Positions 18,523-28,137 of a stretch of 64,000 bases of DNA are shown in pieces (positions within the stretch are counted from its first letter, which is position 1; each line of letters begins with the position of its first letter). This DNA is from Anaerolineae bacterium (lineage in GTDB: Bacteria; Chloroflexota; Anaerolineae; UBA1429), in assembly GCA_050942995.1 (NCBI GenBank), contig JBMNOI010000001.1:776-64775 (forward strand). The letters are read 5' to 3'. The translations under genes and the position numbers were made by a program. Below the pieces are notes generated by a model. It made no database searches. It saw only the letters and a list, made by a program, of their open reading frames with translations, and had not been told where the DNA came from.

Positions 18523-18548
18523 GTTACTTTTCTGAAACATGATGTGCA

Positions 18549-18770
18549 ATGATCTATCATGATTTAAAGCATGTTTTGGGACACAACGTGCAAAAGCTGC
18601 GCAAGTCGCTGGATATGACTCAAAAGGAACTTGCCGAACGCACGGGACTAAATCGTTCATATATAGCAGGGATAGAACGTGGAATGCGAAATGTGCGACT
18701 AAGTACCATAGCAGTGCTCGCGGCAGCCATGAATGTTGATCCAGAAGAATTGCTTAAGAAAGATAATTAA
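18549..18770 (+). CDS. XRE-family HTH protein, likely R-M controller (C) protein
   Basis: LGHNVQKLRKSLDMTQKELAERTGLNRSYIAGIERGMRNVRLSTIAVLAAAMNVDPEEL is a canonical HTH_3 domain. Sits between the methylase and the nuclease genes. Confidence 0.65.
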   Translation: MIYHDLKHVLGHNVQKLRKSLDMTQKELAERTGLNRSYIAGIERGMRNVRLSTIAVLAAAMNVDPEELLKKDN

Positions 18771-18781
18771 AGCACATTATT

Positions 18782-19666
18782 ATGGGCCCACAACGAGAAA
18801 AAATGAACATGAATAATATCTTATCCGAGATGCACGGCATCATGGACCGATTAAGAAAAGCCGAAAGTGAAGGCACAACACGGCGAGAACAGGTTCGGTT
18901 GATTGTGCAGCTCCGGCATCTCGTTGACCTCTGTGGAAAAGCGCTCTACCCGGAGTATAAATCCGCTCGTGCAAGGCTACTGGCATATATGCAAGAACAT
19001 GTGGGACAGCCTATTCACTCTACCGAACTCGCGGCTGTTGCCGGCATCAGCGAGTATGCCAGACGAATTAGGGAGTTACGGGTGGAGTTCGGTTATGATA
19101 TATTGACGATGGAGGATGATCCGAATCTCGGCGCGAATGAATATCTGCTAACTAGCATCGAACCCGACCAAGCTCGGGCAAGCCGCTGGGAATTGGCAAA
19201 CACGATCAGAAACCGGAAAGATTTGAATGCCTCTGAGCGAATTCTAGAGTTCCTCAAAGCAAATGTCGGATGCCCCGTCACAAGCGATGAGCTTCAGTAC
19301 GTTGCAAAAATCAAAGAGTTTGGGAGACGCATCCGTGACTTGAGAACAGAAGGGGGCTGGATCATCCACAGTGGCGTCTTAGGACGGCCTGATCTCAGGC
19401 CAACGCAATACGTGCTCGAATCATTGGAGCAAACAATGCCCCATGAACGGAGCATACCAGAGTCAGTTGCCAAAAAAGTATACGAAAGGGATAACTATCA
19501 ATGTGTTGAATGCGGATGGTCTAAAGCGAGTGCCGATCCGACTGATTCTCCCCGTTATCTACAGCTACATCATCGCGTTCCTCATGCAGACAAAGGCCCA
19601 AACACCGTAGATAATCTTGAAGTTCGATGTAATATATGCCATAAACAGGCACACACTACTCAATGA
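18782..19666 (+). CDS. HNH nuclease, probable Type II restriction endonuclease, with tandem N-terminal DNA-binding repeats
   Basis: C-terminal HNH/zinc motif CVECGW...LQLHHRVPHADKGPNTVDNLEVRCNICH. Internal repeats ...ISEYARRIRELRVEFGYDI and ...IKEFGRRIRDLRTEGGWIIHS. AT-rich like the methylase. Confidence 0.6.
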   Translation: MGPQREKMNMNNILSEMHGIMDRLRKAESEGTTRREQVRLIVQLRHLVDLCGKALYPEYKSARARLLAYMQEHVGQPIHSTELAAVAGISEYARRIRELRVEFGYDILTMEDDPNLGANEYLLTSIEPDQARASRWELANTIRNRKDLNASERILEFLKANVGCPVTSDELQYVAKIKEFGRRIRDLRTEGGWIIHSGVLGRPDLRPTQYVLESLEQTMPHERSIPESVAKKVYERDNYQCVECGWSKASADPTDSPRYLQLHHRVPHADKGPNTVDNLEVRCNICHKQAHTTQ

Positions 19667-19727
19667 CCAAGTATCACTTGTGAACAACGTAGATACGGCT
19701 GTAATTGTATTAAGCGCTTATCTATCT

Positions 19728-20336
19728 ATGCAACAAATGCGGTCATTCCCTTGGCGGGAAGAGAACGATCCATTCCACATCCTTATTGCGGAAATGATGC
19801 TTATCCGAACGCGTGCCGACCTAGTAGTTCCGGTTTATTTGCAATTCATCCGACAGTGGCCGCGGCCGGATGATCTGGTATGTGCTGCTGATGAGCAAAT
19901 TGCACAAACGTTAGTACCGTTAGGTCTGCCCCAGCGTATTCCCTTTTTCAAGCAAGCAGCGAAACACATCATCGAGAACCATGCGGGAGTGGTGCCTTCA
20001 AAGCGCAAAGACCTTGAGAAGATTCCCGGCGTGGGTCGATATGTTGCTGAGGCAGTCTTGGCATTTGCATTCAATCAACCCATTGTTCCCGCAGATGTGA
20101 ATGTACTGCGGTGGATATCGCGCATAACGGGGCTCGAGATGATCAGTAGCAGCAAAGGTTCGAAAGAGATACGATTACTGCTACCTAGGCTCGCCCCGTT
20201 GGGCGGACGGCAAGCGTACAAGTTCCTCGATTTTTTGCGTGAAATATGTCGTCCGAGAAAACCTGCATGTGATGAGTGTTGGATTCAGATGTTGTGTCAT
20301 TACGGTCGAAAAGCATTACCAGATTCGACCGCATAA
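19728..20336 (+). CDS. Endonuclease III family HhH-GPD DNA glycosylase with [4Fe-4S] loop (Mig-like mismatch glycosylase candidate)
   Basis: FHILIAEMMLIRTRADLVVPVYLQF. HhH motif LEKIPGVGRYVAEAVLAFAF...VDVNVLRWISRI. Cluster loop C-x6-C-x2-C-x5-C (CRPRKPACDECWIQMLC). Start placed at MQQMRSFPWREE. Confidence 0.75.
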   Translation: MQQMRSFPWREENDPFHILIAEMMLIRTRADLVVPVYLQFIRQWPRPDDLVCAADEQIAQTLVPLGLPQRIPFFKQAAKHIIENHAGVVPSKRKDLEKIPGVGRYVAEAVLAFAFNQPIVPADVNVLRWISRITGLEMISSSKGSKEIRLLLPRLAPLGGRQAYKFLDFLREICRPRKPACDECWIQMLCHYGRKALPDSTA

Positions 20337-20341
20337 ATCGA

Positions 20342-20370
20342 TTGACATCCACCCTCAGATATGCTATAGT
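20342..20370 (+). promoter_or_regulatory. Sigma70-like promoter (TTGACA-17-TATAGT) for the trpB2 leader
   Basis: TTGACAtccaccctcagatatgcTATAGT with 17-nt spacer. Confidence 0.55.
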
Positions 20371-20389
20371 AGCGACAATCGAACAGTGA

Positions 20390-20611
20390 AAGATGTAGAT
20401 CGGGAAGAGTAGCTGTCAAAGCGGGATTCAGAGAGCCGGGGTAAGGTGAGAGCCCGGTATCAGCGCAGACAACGAATGGGCCCGGGAGTCGCGCGGCCGA
20501 ACGCGCAGAGCGCTACTAGGCCGCGACGGAGTCGCCACCGTTATCAGGGCAGAGGGTATCGGTTGACCTCGTTGTGACAGAGGATCAACCCGTACCTGCA
20601 AGAGTGAGGCT
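20390..20611 (+). promoter_or_regulatory. Structured 5' leader of trpB2, T-box-like (tentative)
   Basis: ~250-nt untranslated leader. AGAGAG box, loop with UGG. Degenerate T-box-like GGCTGGCCCGCA overlaps the 5' side of the terminator. Confidence 0.35.
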
Positions 20612-20645
20612 GGCCCGCACATTAAAATCCGCCATCACGGCGGGA
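20612..20645 (+). terminator. Intrinsic terminator/attenuator in the trpB2 leader
   Basis: AAAATCCGCC-atcac-GGCGGGATTTTTTATT immediately upstream of the trpB2 RBS. Confidence 0.7.
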
Positions 20646-20821
20646 TTTTTTATTATATATGTCGGGTCGGGCTAAGAAGGGTGGCACCACGGGAGCAAAG
20701 CTCTCGTCCCTTGGGGACGAGGGCTTTTTTTATTGGCCGACACATCCCGGCGGGCCGAGAGCCATCGAATCGTAATGTTCCGGGTGTTCGGGGTGATCCG
20801 CGCAAACGAGGAGGGAAAAAG

Positions 20822-22180
20822 ATGGAGACGCGTTTCGATCTGTCACAGAGTGATATGCCCAGGCGTTGGTACAATGCTCAGGCCGACCTGGCCGAGCCGC
20901 TGCCGCCCCCGTTGCATCCGGGGACGCTGCAGCCCATCAGCCTCGCCGACCTGGAGCCGCTCTTTCCTAAGGAGATCATCCGGCAGGAAATGAGCCAGGA
21001 GCGGTATATCGACATCCCCGAAGAGGTGCAGGAGGTGCTGCGTCTATGGCGACCGACGCCGCTGCTGCGGGCGGTGCGCCTGGAAAAAGCCCTGGGCACC
21101 CCGGCCAAAATCTTTTACAAGTACGAGGGCACCAGCCCCACCGGGTCGCACAAGCCGAATACAGCGGTGGCGCAGGCGTTCTATAACAAGATCGCCGGTG
21201 TCCGCAAACTCACCACCGAGACGGGTGCCGGGCAGTGGGGGACGGCCCTGGCCATGGCCTCGAACTTTTTCGGGCTCGAGTGCAAGGTCTTTATGGTCAA
21301 GGTGAGCTATCAGCAAAAGCCCTATCGCCGCTCGATCATGCAAATGTTCGGCGCCAGCGTGACGCCCAGCCCCAGCACCGAGACCGAGGCGGGCCGCTCG
21401 ATCCTGGCCAAAGATCCGGATTCGACGGGTTCGCTGGGCATCGCCATCAGTGAGGCTTGCGAGATTGCCCTGCAGAACGATGACACCAAGTACTCGCTGG
21501 GCAGCGTGCTGAACCACGTGCTGATGCACCAGACCATCATCGGTGAAGAGACGATCTTGCAGATGGACAAGGCGGGGTTCGAGCCGGACGTGGTGATCGG
21601 CTGCGTGGGAGGCGGCTCCAATTTCGGCGGCATCGCCCTGCCCTACCTGCGACGCAACCTGCAGGACGGCACCAAAGTGCGCCTGGTGGGCGTCGAGCCG
21701 ATGGCCTGCCCGACGATGACCAAGGGCGTCTATGCCTTTGACTATGGCGATACGGCCAAAATGGCGCCGGTGGTCAAGATGAATACTCTGGGACACGACT
21801 TTGTGCCGGCGGGCATCCATGCGGGAGGGCTGCGTTACCACGGGGTGGCGCCGCTGCTGGCCGCGCTGCACCGTCAGGGGCACATCGAGGCGGTGGCCTA
21901 TCATCAGACGCCGGTGTTTGACGCGGCGGCTCTGTTCACCCGCACAGAGGGGATCATCCCCGCGCCCGAGTCGGCCCATGCGATTCGCGCGGCCATCGAC
22001 GAGGCCCTGGATGCCAGGGAAAAAGGCGAGGAGCGAGTGATCGTCTTTTGCCTGAGTGGCCATGGGTATATAGACCTGGGGGCGTACGATCTGTATATGG
22101 ACGGCAAGCTGGAGGATTACGCCTACCCGGAGGAAAAGATCCGGCAATCCCTGGCGAATCTGCCCCAGGTTTCGCTGTAA
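20822..22180 (+). CDS. trpB: Tryptophan synthase beta chain, TrpB2-type
   Basis: Track ORF 20681..22180. Start METRFD after GAGGAGGGAAAAAG. PLP-lysine region [13 protein letters not shown]. ~450 aa, typical of the TrpB2 subfamily. Confidence 0.8.
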   Translation: METRFDLSQSDMPRRWYNAQADLAEPLPPPLHPGTLQPISLADLEPLFPKEIIRQEMSQERYIDIPEEVQEVLRLWRPTPLLRAVRLEKALGTPAKIFYKYEGTSPTGSHKPNTAVAQAFYNKIAGVRKLTTETGAGQWGTALAMASNFFGLECKVFMVKVSYQQKPYRRSIMQMFGASVTPSPSTETEAGRSILAKDPDSTGSLGIAISEACEIALQNDDTKYSLGSVLNHVLMHQTIIGEETILQMDKAGFEPDVVIGCVGGGSNFGGIALPYLRRNLQDGTKVRLVGVEPMACPTMTKGVYAFDYGDTAKMAPVVKMNTLGHDFVPAGIHAGGLRYHGVAPLLAALHRQGHIEAVAYHQTPVFDAAALFTRTEGIIPAPESAHAIRAAIDEALDAREKGEERVIVFCLSGHGYIDLGAYDLYMDGKLEDYAYPEEKIRQSLANLPQVSL

Positions 22181-22287
22181 ACGCGAGATCGAATCAGGAG
22201 CCGTTTCACAAGACGCCCCGGGCGCTTTGTGGGGCGGCTCTCTTTGTGAGACACAGGCCATACAGGAGCGGGTCGAGGGAGTGTGGC

Positions 22288-23865
22288 ATGACGAGACGTG
22301 TGCTTGTAACCGAGGCGCTGGACCGAACGGGCATCGAGATCCTGGAGGCGGCGTGCGAGGTGACGCTACGGCCGGGCCTGGCGCCGCACGAGTTGATCGA
22401 GGCGGTCGGCGGCTATGACGCACTGGTGGTGCGCAGCGCCACCCGGGTGACGGCAGAGGTGCTGGCGGCGGGATCTCGGCTGGTGGTCGTGGGTCGGGCC
22501 GGCACCGGCGTGGACAATATCGATGTGCAGGCGGCCACACGTCGGGGCATTGTGGTGGTCAACGCGCCCACCAGCAATACGGTCGCGGTAGCCGAGCACA
22601 CGCTGGCGCTGATGCTGGCTCTGGCGCGACACGTGACGGCCGCCGATTCGAGTATGCACTGCGGCCGCTGGGAGAAATCGGGGTTCGTGGGGACCGAGCT
22701 ACGAGACAAGGCGCTGGGGCTGGTGGGCCTGGGCCGGGTGGGCACGGCGGTGGCACAGCGAGCCCAGGGATTCGAGATGCGGGTGCTGGCCTACGACCCC
22801 TTTGTGTCTCCGGAACGGGCCGCTCAGCTCGGGGTCGAGATGGTGAACATGGACGATCTGCTGCGCCGGAGCGATTATATCTCACTGCACGCCCCGGCGA
22901 CCGAGAACACCCGGGGCATGATCGGGGCGCGCGAACTGGCGCAGATGAAGCCGTCGACCTATCTGGTCAACTGCGCCCGGGGCGACCTGATCGAAGAAGA
23001 GGCCCTCATCGAGGCGCTGAACGAGGGGCGCATCGCAGGCGCGGCGCTGGATGTGTTCGCCGACGAGCCAGAGGTGAACCCGGCGTTGTGCGGTATCCCC
23101 AACCTGATCCTCACGCCGCATCTGGGCGCCTCTACGGAAGAGGCACAAGCCGGCGCCTCTGCGCAGGTGGCCCGGCAGGTCGTCGATGTGCTGGAGGGAC
23201 GCCCCCCGCGCTATTCGGTGAACGTGCCGGTGACGTCGCCGGAAGAGATGGGCGCGCTAGAGCCGTACCTGGAGCTGGCACGATGCATGGGCCAGTTCTG
23301 CGCCCAGTATGTGCGAGATAGCATCGTCTGGCTGGAGCTGATCTGTGGCGGCGATCTGGTGGAGCACGACACGACGATGGTGACGGCAGCGGCCCTGGTG
23401 GGATTGCTCTCCGAGGCGGTGGACGAGCCGGTGAACATCGTGAACGCCCGATTGGTGGCGCGAGATCGGGGATTGGTGGTGCGTGAGGTCCGTACGCCCG
23501 AGGCACAGGGATTCTCTGGATTGCTGACGCTGCGGGCGGGCACGACGGCACAAGAGCATCTGATTCGCGGCACAGTGATGCGCCACCAGCCACATATTGT
23601 GTGCCTGGACGGTTACTGGCTCGATTTCGTCGCCGGGGGTGTGGTGCTGGTGAGCGAGCATCTGGAGCAGCCCGGAGTGATCGGCCAGATGGGTACCCTG
23701 CTGGGCGAGGCAGGGGTGAGCATCTCGTTCGTGCAGGTAGGTCGCGAGAAACGAGGTGGCCATGGGTTGATGGTCGTGGGACTGGACGATGCGCTCTCAC
23801 GAGAGACGATGGAGCAGGTGCTGGCCATGCCCAGCGTACAGTCGGCACGGGTCATTCGCATGTGA
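22288..23865 (+). CDS. serA: D-3-phosphoglycerate dehydrogenase with C-terminal ACT domain
   Basis: Start MTRRVLVTEALD. NAD motif GLVGLGRVGTAVAQRAQGFEM. C-terminal ACT. 525 aa. Confidence 0.85.
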   Translation: MTRRVLVTEALDRTGIEILEAACEVTLRPGLAPHELIEAVGGYDALVVRSATRVTAEVLAAGSRLVVVGRAGTGVDNIDVQAATRRGIVVVNAPTSNTVAVAEHTLALMLALARHVTAADSSMHCGRWEKSGFVGTELRDKALGLVGLGRVGTAVAQRAQGFEMRVLAYDPFVSPERAAQLGVEMVNMDDLLRRSDYISLHAPATENTRGMIGARELAQMKPSTYLVNCARGDLIEEEALIEALNEGRIAGAALDVFADEPEVNPALCGIPNLILTPHLGASTEEAQAGASAQVARQVVDVLEGRPPRYSVNVPVTSPEEMGALEPYLELARCMGQFCAQYVRDSIVWLELICGGDLVEHDTTMVTAAALVGLLSEAVDEPVNIVNARLVARDRGLVVREVRTPEAQGFSGLLTLRAGTTAQEHLIRGTVMRHQPHIVCLDGYWLDFVAGGVVLVSEHLEQPGVIGQMGTLLGEAGVSISFVQVGREKRGGHGLMVVGLDDALSRETMEQVLAMPSVQSARVIRM

Positions 23866-23914
23866 CTGTACTCAGTCACCGACTGTACCCAGTCACTGTG
23901 TGCCAGCCGGGCGC

Positions 23915-25276
23915 TCAGTAGACGCCGGGCGGATCGGAGGGATAGGGCGCAAGGCCGTTAAGGGCGGCCCAGGCGGCACGCGCCTCGGCCGCCACAAAGA
24001 GCGAGCCGGTGACGAGTATCAGGTCATCCTCGGCCGCTTCGCCCAGGGCGATGCGCAGAGCGTCGTCCACGTTTTCGATAGCCCGCGCCTCACCGCCCAG
24101 CTCGGCGACTATGGCGGCGAGATCGTCGGCGGGGGTGGCCTTGGGATGATGGGCCCGGGTGGTATAGAGGGTCGTCGCGCGCGAATGCACGATATCGAGC
24201 AGATCATGCGGGTTATGGGTTTGGCCCGCGCCAAAGATCAACCACATGTGACGATGGGGCAAATGATCGTCCACCGCCTGTAAGAGACGCCGTATCGAGT
24301 CGATATTGTGGGCCCCATCCACCACCACCAGAGGTCGGCGGCTCAGCACCTCCAGACGCCCCGGCCAGCGCACTGTGGACAGGCCACGACGCACCGCGTC
24401 GGGCTCGACGGCCACGCCCTGCTCGCGCAGAATCTCGATGGCGGCCACGGCCGCGCAGGTGTTCTCGAGCTGATGGGCGCCCAACAGCGGCAGGTGCAGG
24501 TCGGGATACTCGGGCGCTTCCTCATGGCCGGCGCGGTAGACGTCCAGCCGCTGGCCCGAAATATCGGCGCTCCGCAGGCGCCAGCGCCACTCCCGCCCGG
24601 CGACGGTGAGGGACGCGCCGCGCTCGGCGCTGACCTCGGCGATAACGGCCAGAGCCTCTTCCCTCTGCGGCGCGGAAACCACCGGTACCCCCGGCTTGAT
24701 GATGCCGGCTTTTTCGCGGGCGATGGCGTCGATGGTCTCCCCCAGCACCTTGACGTGATCCAGACTGATCGAGGTAATCACAGACACCCGAGGGGTAATG
24801 ACGTTGGTAGCATCCAGACGACCGCCCAGCCCCACCTCGAACACGCCAAAATCCACCCGCTCCTCCGCATGGTGCCACATGGCCAGCGCAGTGATGATCT
24901 CGAACACGGTGACCTCGGGCCGTTCGTTCAGGATGGGGAGCAGGCGTTCGACAAGATCGGTCAACGCGCGCTCAGAGATGGGCTTTCCCTGCAGGCGAAT
25001 GCGCTCGCGAAAGGTGTGCAGGTGGGGAGAGGTATACATGCCGGTGCGATAGCCCGCCGCGCGAAGGATGGCGTCGATCATGGCGGTGGTCGAGCCTTTG
25101 CCCTTGGTCCCGGCGATGTGGACCGAAGGATAGGCACGGTGAGGATTGCCGATCTGGCTCAGCAATTCTTCCATGCGAGAGAGGCGCCAAACACGCTCGG
25201 CATAGGGTGGGCGGTCTCCCCGTTCAAAGTCGGTGCGTCGAAAAATAGCGCACAGCGCCTCTCGATAGGTCAGCAT
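23915..25276 (-). CDS. folC: Bifunctional folylpolyglutamate synthase / dihydrofolate synthase
   Basis: HIAGTKGKGSTTAMIDAILRAAGYRTGMYTSPHL P-loop of the Mur ligase family. 453 aa. Confidence 0.85.
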   Translation of the reverse strand: MLTYREALCAIFRRTDFERGDRPPYAERVWRLSRMEELLSQIGNPHRAYPSVHIAGTKGKGSTTAMIDAILRAAGYRTGMYTSPHLHTFRERIRLQGKPISERALTDLVERLLPILNERPEVTVFEIITALAMWHHAEERVDFGVFEVGLGGRLDATNVITPRVSVITSISLDHVKVLGETIDAIAREKAGIIKPGVPVVSAPQREEALAVIAEVSAERGASLTVAGREWRWRLRSADISGQRLDVYRAGHEEAPEYPDLHLPLLGAHQLENTCAAVAAIEILREQGVAVEPDAVRRGLSTVRWPGRLEVLSRRPLVVVDGAHNIDSIRRLLQAVDDHLPHRHMWLIFGAGQTHNPHDLLDIVHSRATTLYTTRAHHPKATPADDLAAIVAELGGEARAIENVDDALRIALGEAAEDDLILVTGSLFVAAEARAAWAALNGLAPYPSDPPGVY

Positions 25277-25426
25277 CTCGTTCCCCCAGGCACGATATCG
25301 GCCCGATTGTACATCGGGATGGTGTCAACACCAAGAACTGAAGGAAGCAAAGACAGGTCAAAAGCGACGTGTGCTGAACATGTCGCCCGACCTGTCGCAG
25401 ACATTGTGACGGTGTGAGGCCGGGCG

Positions 25427-27793
25427 TCAGCCGACCCTTTCGAGCTTGGCATAGCTGGCGATGAGCTTTTTGATGCCGCGCCCCTCAAAGGCGACCGTTA
25501 CCTCCTCATCGCCGTCGACGATTCGGCTCGAGACCACGATGCCGGTGCCGAAAATGGCGTGACGGACCGACTCGCCCGGGCCAAACGTCGTCTCGTAGAC
25601 GCGGGGGGTGGTCCTCGCCTCTGGCTCTTGCGCGTCGATGGGAAGGTGACCACGGGAACCGGGGCGGGACGGCCGGGATAACGAGGGGGCCGTTGCGGGC
25701 CGCCTTGAGCGTTGCGCGGGGGGCGCATCGCTCAGACGGGCGCGTTCCGCCGCCCGGCGCACCGCCTCTCGACGCCGGGAGATCAGATCGCGACGCTCCT
25801 GTCGCCCCATGGGTGCGCTACTACGGGAAGCCGTCGGAGGGGCCACAACACGCGACGCGCCGACGCCGTCCACGAGATGCTGCGGTAGTTCGGCCAGAAA
25901 GCGCGAGGGATCACGCACTTCGGAAGAGCCGAACAGCGTGCGCCGGAAGGCGCGCACCAGATAGAGCCGCTTGCGCGCACGGGTGATGCCCACATAGCAA
26001 AGACGTCGCTCCTCCTCCATCTGGTCGAGATCATCCATAGAGCGGGTGTGCGGGCAAATACCCTCCTCCATGCCGATGATAAAGACGTTGTCGAATTCGA
26101 GCCCTTTGGCCGCATGCAAGGTAAGCATGGTGACGGAGTCGGATTGCCAGTCCGCCTCGTCCACATCCGAGACGAGGCTGGCCTGCTCCAGAAAGAGGGG
26201 TAACGCCACAGCAGCGGGTGTGTCGGTGTAGCCGCCGGTCACCGAGAACAACTCGCGCACGTTGTTGATCCGCTCCTCCCCCTCTTCGGTGCCGTCGCGT
26301 AAAAAGGTCACATAGTCGGTGCGATCCAGCAGCTTTTCCAGCAACTCGGAAAGGGTCTGTTCCTGCTGCAGATGGGTAAACTCGTCCAGCATGACGCCGA
26401 AATCATACAGCGCCCGACGGGCACGCCCGGTAAAGGGGGCCTCTTCTCCTCGCCCATCGCCGTTGCGGACCAGATGCAGCAGTGCGCCCCCCATGGAGAG
26501 CCCCAGGCGCGCGGACCATGCGGCCAACCGATCCATCGTGCCAGAGCCGATGCCGCGGGCGGGCACATTGATGATGCGACGGAGGCTCACTTCATCGTCG
26601 GGATTATAGATGACTCGCAGATAGGCCAGCACATCCTTGATCTCGCGCCGATTGTAGAACCGCGTGCCCCCCACCAGCCGATAGCGCAGTCTTCGCTGGT
26701 TAAAGGCCTCTTCCACGGCGCGTGACTGGGCGTTGGTGCGGTACATGACGGCGAACTCGCCCAGAGGCTCGCCCTCGCGCGCCGCCAGCCGCTGAATCTC
26801 GTCGGCCACATAGCCGGCCTCTTCCCGCTCGTCATACGCCTCGACCACCCGAATACGAGTGCCGCGTTCGTTCTCGGTCCAGAGGTTCTTGGCCACACGG
26901 TGGTTGTTACGCGAGATGATGGCCTGCGCGGCATCCAGGATGGTCTGGGTAGAGCGATAGTTCTGTTCCAGCAGATACACCTGAGCGTCGGGGAAATCGG
27001 ATCGGAAGCGCAACACATTGCGAAAATCGGCGCCACGCCAGGAGTAGATGCTCTGGTCCTCATCGCCCACCACAAAGACGTGGCGATGAGATTCGGCCAG
27101 GCGTCGGATGATCTCGTATTGAGCGCGATTGGTATCCTGAAACTCGTCCACCAGCACATGGCGATAGCGCTGCTGATAGCGCTCCAGCACCTCGGGATGA
27201 TGATGCAGCAGCTCCGCTGTCTTGAGCAGCAGATCGTCGAAATCCAGGGCGTTGCTCTCGGCCTTGAGCGCCTCATACCGCTCAAAGACGCGGCCTATGG
27301 CCTCGTGCCAGTAGGTGGGCGGGCGATACTCGTCGACGGTGATGAAATCGTTCTTGGCCTGAGAGATGACATTCTGCACCGCCCGGGGACGATAGACGGC
27401 CTTGTCCAGGTTCAAATCTTTGAGAATACGGGTAATGAGGCGTATCTGATCGTCATCGTCAAAGATGACGAAATTGGCGCCCATGCCCAGATAGGACGCC
27501 TCGCGCCGCAAGATGCGCACGCAGGCCGCGTGAAAGGTGCCGATAGTCAACTGCCGTGTGTCGGTGCCGATCATCTCCTCCAGGCGGGAGATCATCTCAC
27601 GGGCGGCCTTGTTGGTAAAGGTAACGGCCAGGATCTGATAGGGGCGAACGCCGAGTTCTCCGATGAGATAGGCGATGCGATGCGTGAGCACACGCGTCTT
27701 GCCCGATCCGGGGCCGGCCAGCACCAGAATGGGGGCCTCGGCAGCACGGACGGCCTGAGCCTGGGCGGGGTCAAGTCCTTGCATCAAATCCAT
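25427..27793 (-). CDS. pcrA: ATP-dependent DNA helicase PcrA/UvrD with C-terminal Tudor-like domain
   Basis: ILVLAGPGSGKTRVLTHRIAYL Walker A, DEFQDTN, VGDEDQSIY. C-terminal HAIFGTGIVVS...VTVAFEGRGIKKL domain. Start moved to MDLMQGLDPAQ (aa 58 of the track ORF). Confidence 0.85.
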   Translation of the reverse strand: MDLMQGLDPAQAQAVRAAEAPILVLAGPGSGKTRVLTHRIAYLIGELGVRPYQILAVTFTNKAAREMISRLEEMIGTDTRQLTIGTFHAACVRILRREASYLGMGANFVIFDDDDQIRLITRILKDLNLDKAVYRPRAVQNVISQAKNDFITVDEYRPPTYWHEAIGRVFERYEALKAESNALDFDDLLLKTAELLHHHPEVLERYQQRYRHVLVDEFQDTNRAQYEIIRRLAESHRHVFVVGDEDQSIYSWRGADFRNVLRFRSDFPDAQVYLLEQNYRSTQTILDAAQAIISRNNHRVAKNLWTENERGTRIRVVEAYDEREEAGYVADEIQRLAAREGEPLGEFAVMYRTNAQSRAVEEAFNQRRLRYRLVGGTRFYNRREIKDVLAYLRVIYNPDDEVSLRRIINVPARGIGSGTMDRLAAWSARLGLSMGGALLHLVRNGDGRGEEAPFTGRARRALYDFGVMLDEFTHLQQEQTLSELLEKLLDRTDYVTFLRDGTEEGEERINNVRELFSVTGGYTDTPAAVALPLFLEQASLVSDVDEADWQSDSVTMLTLHAAKGLEFDNVFIIGMEEGICPHTRSMDDLDQMEEERRLCYVGITRARKRLYLVRAFRRTLFGSSEVRDPSRFLAELPQHLVDGVGASRVVAPPTASRSSAPMGRQERRDLISRRREAVRRAAERARLSDAPPAQRSRRPATAPSLSRPSRPGSRGHLPIDAQEPEARTTPRVYETTFGPGESVRHAIFGTGIVVSSRIVDGDEEVTVAFEGRGIKKLIASYAKLERVG

Positions 27794-28074
27794 CGGCGGC
27801 AACGCTCCATTGGTCGAACAAACGGGGACATAAAAGGATGCGCAGGGCATCCTGATAGAATCCAATCGATCATAACATGGACAGATAGGGGTGTCAAAAG
27901 GTGAACGCTCCGGACGGGCAGAGCGCGTTATATTCCCCTTGCTGATTGGAGATGGCACCCCCATGTTTTTTGCGCTCCTTAATCCTTCATTAGGCTATAT
28001 TAATGCGTGCAACGTGCCACTTTCGGAGGACAATCCGAGCTTTGGCGCGGCCCTTTTTTATCTGGTACGCGACC

Positions 28075-28103
28075 TTGCTTTTTACGTCCAAAGCCAATAT
28101 AAT
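28075..28103 (+). promoter_or_regulatory. Sigma70-like promoter (TTGCTT-17-TATAAT) for rpsA
   Basis: TTGCTTtttacgtccaaagccaaTATAAT, then AAGGAGAGGAAG RBS and GTG start. Confidence 0.5.
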
Positions 28104-28137
28104 ATGAACAGTCGGTATACTAATAAGGAGAGGAAGT

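Noticed and set aside
21044-22540. 498-aa minus-strand ORF
   Set aside because: Antisense to trpB2 and serA. Pro/Arg-rich low complexity.
27794-27964. 57-aa N-terminal extension of the pcrA track ORF
   Set aside because: PcrA homology begins at MDLMQGLDPAQ. The extension is Cys/Pro-rich and unlike helicase N-termini, so the start was moved to the internal Met.
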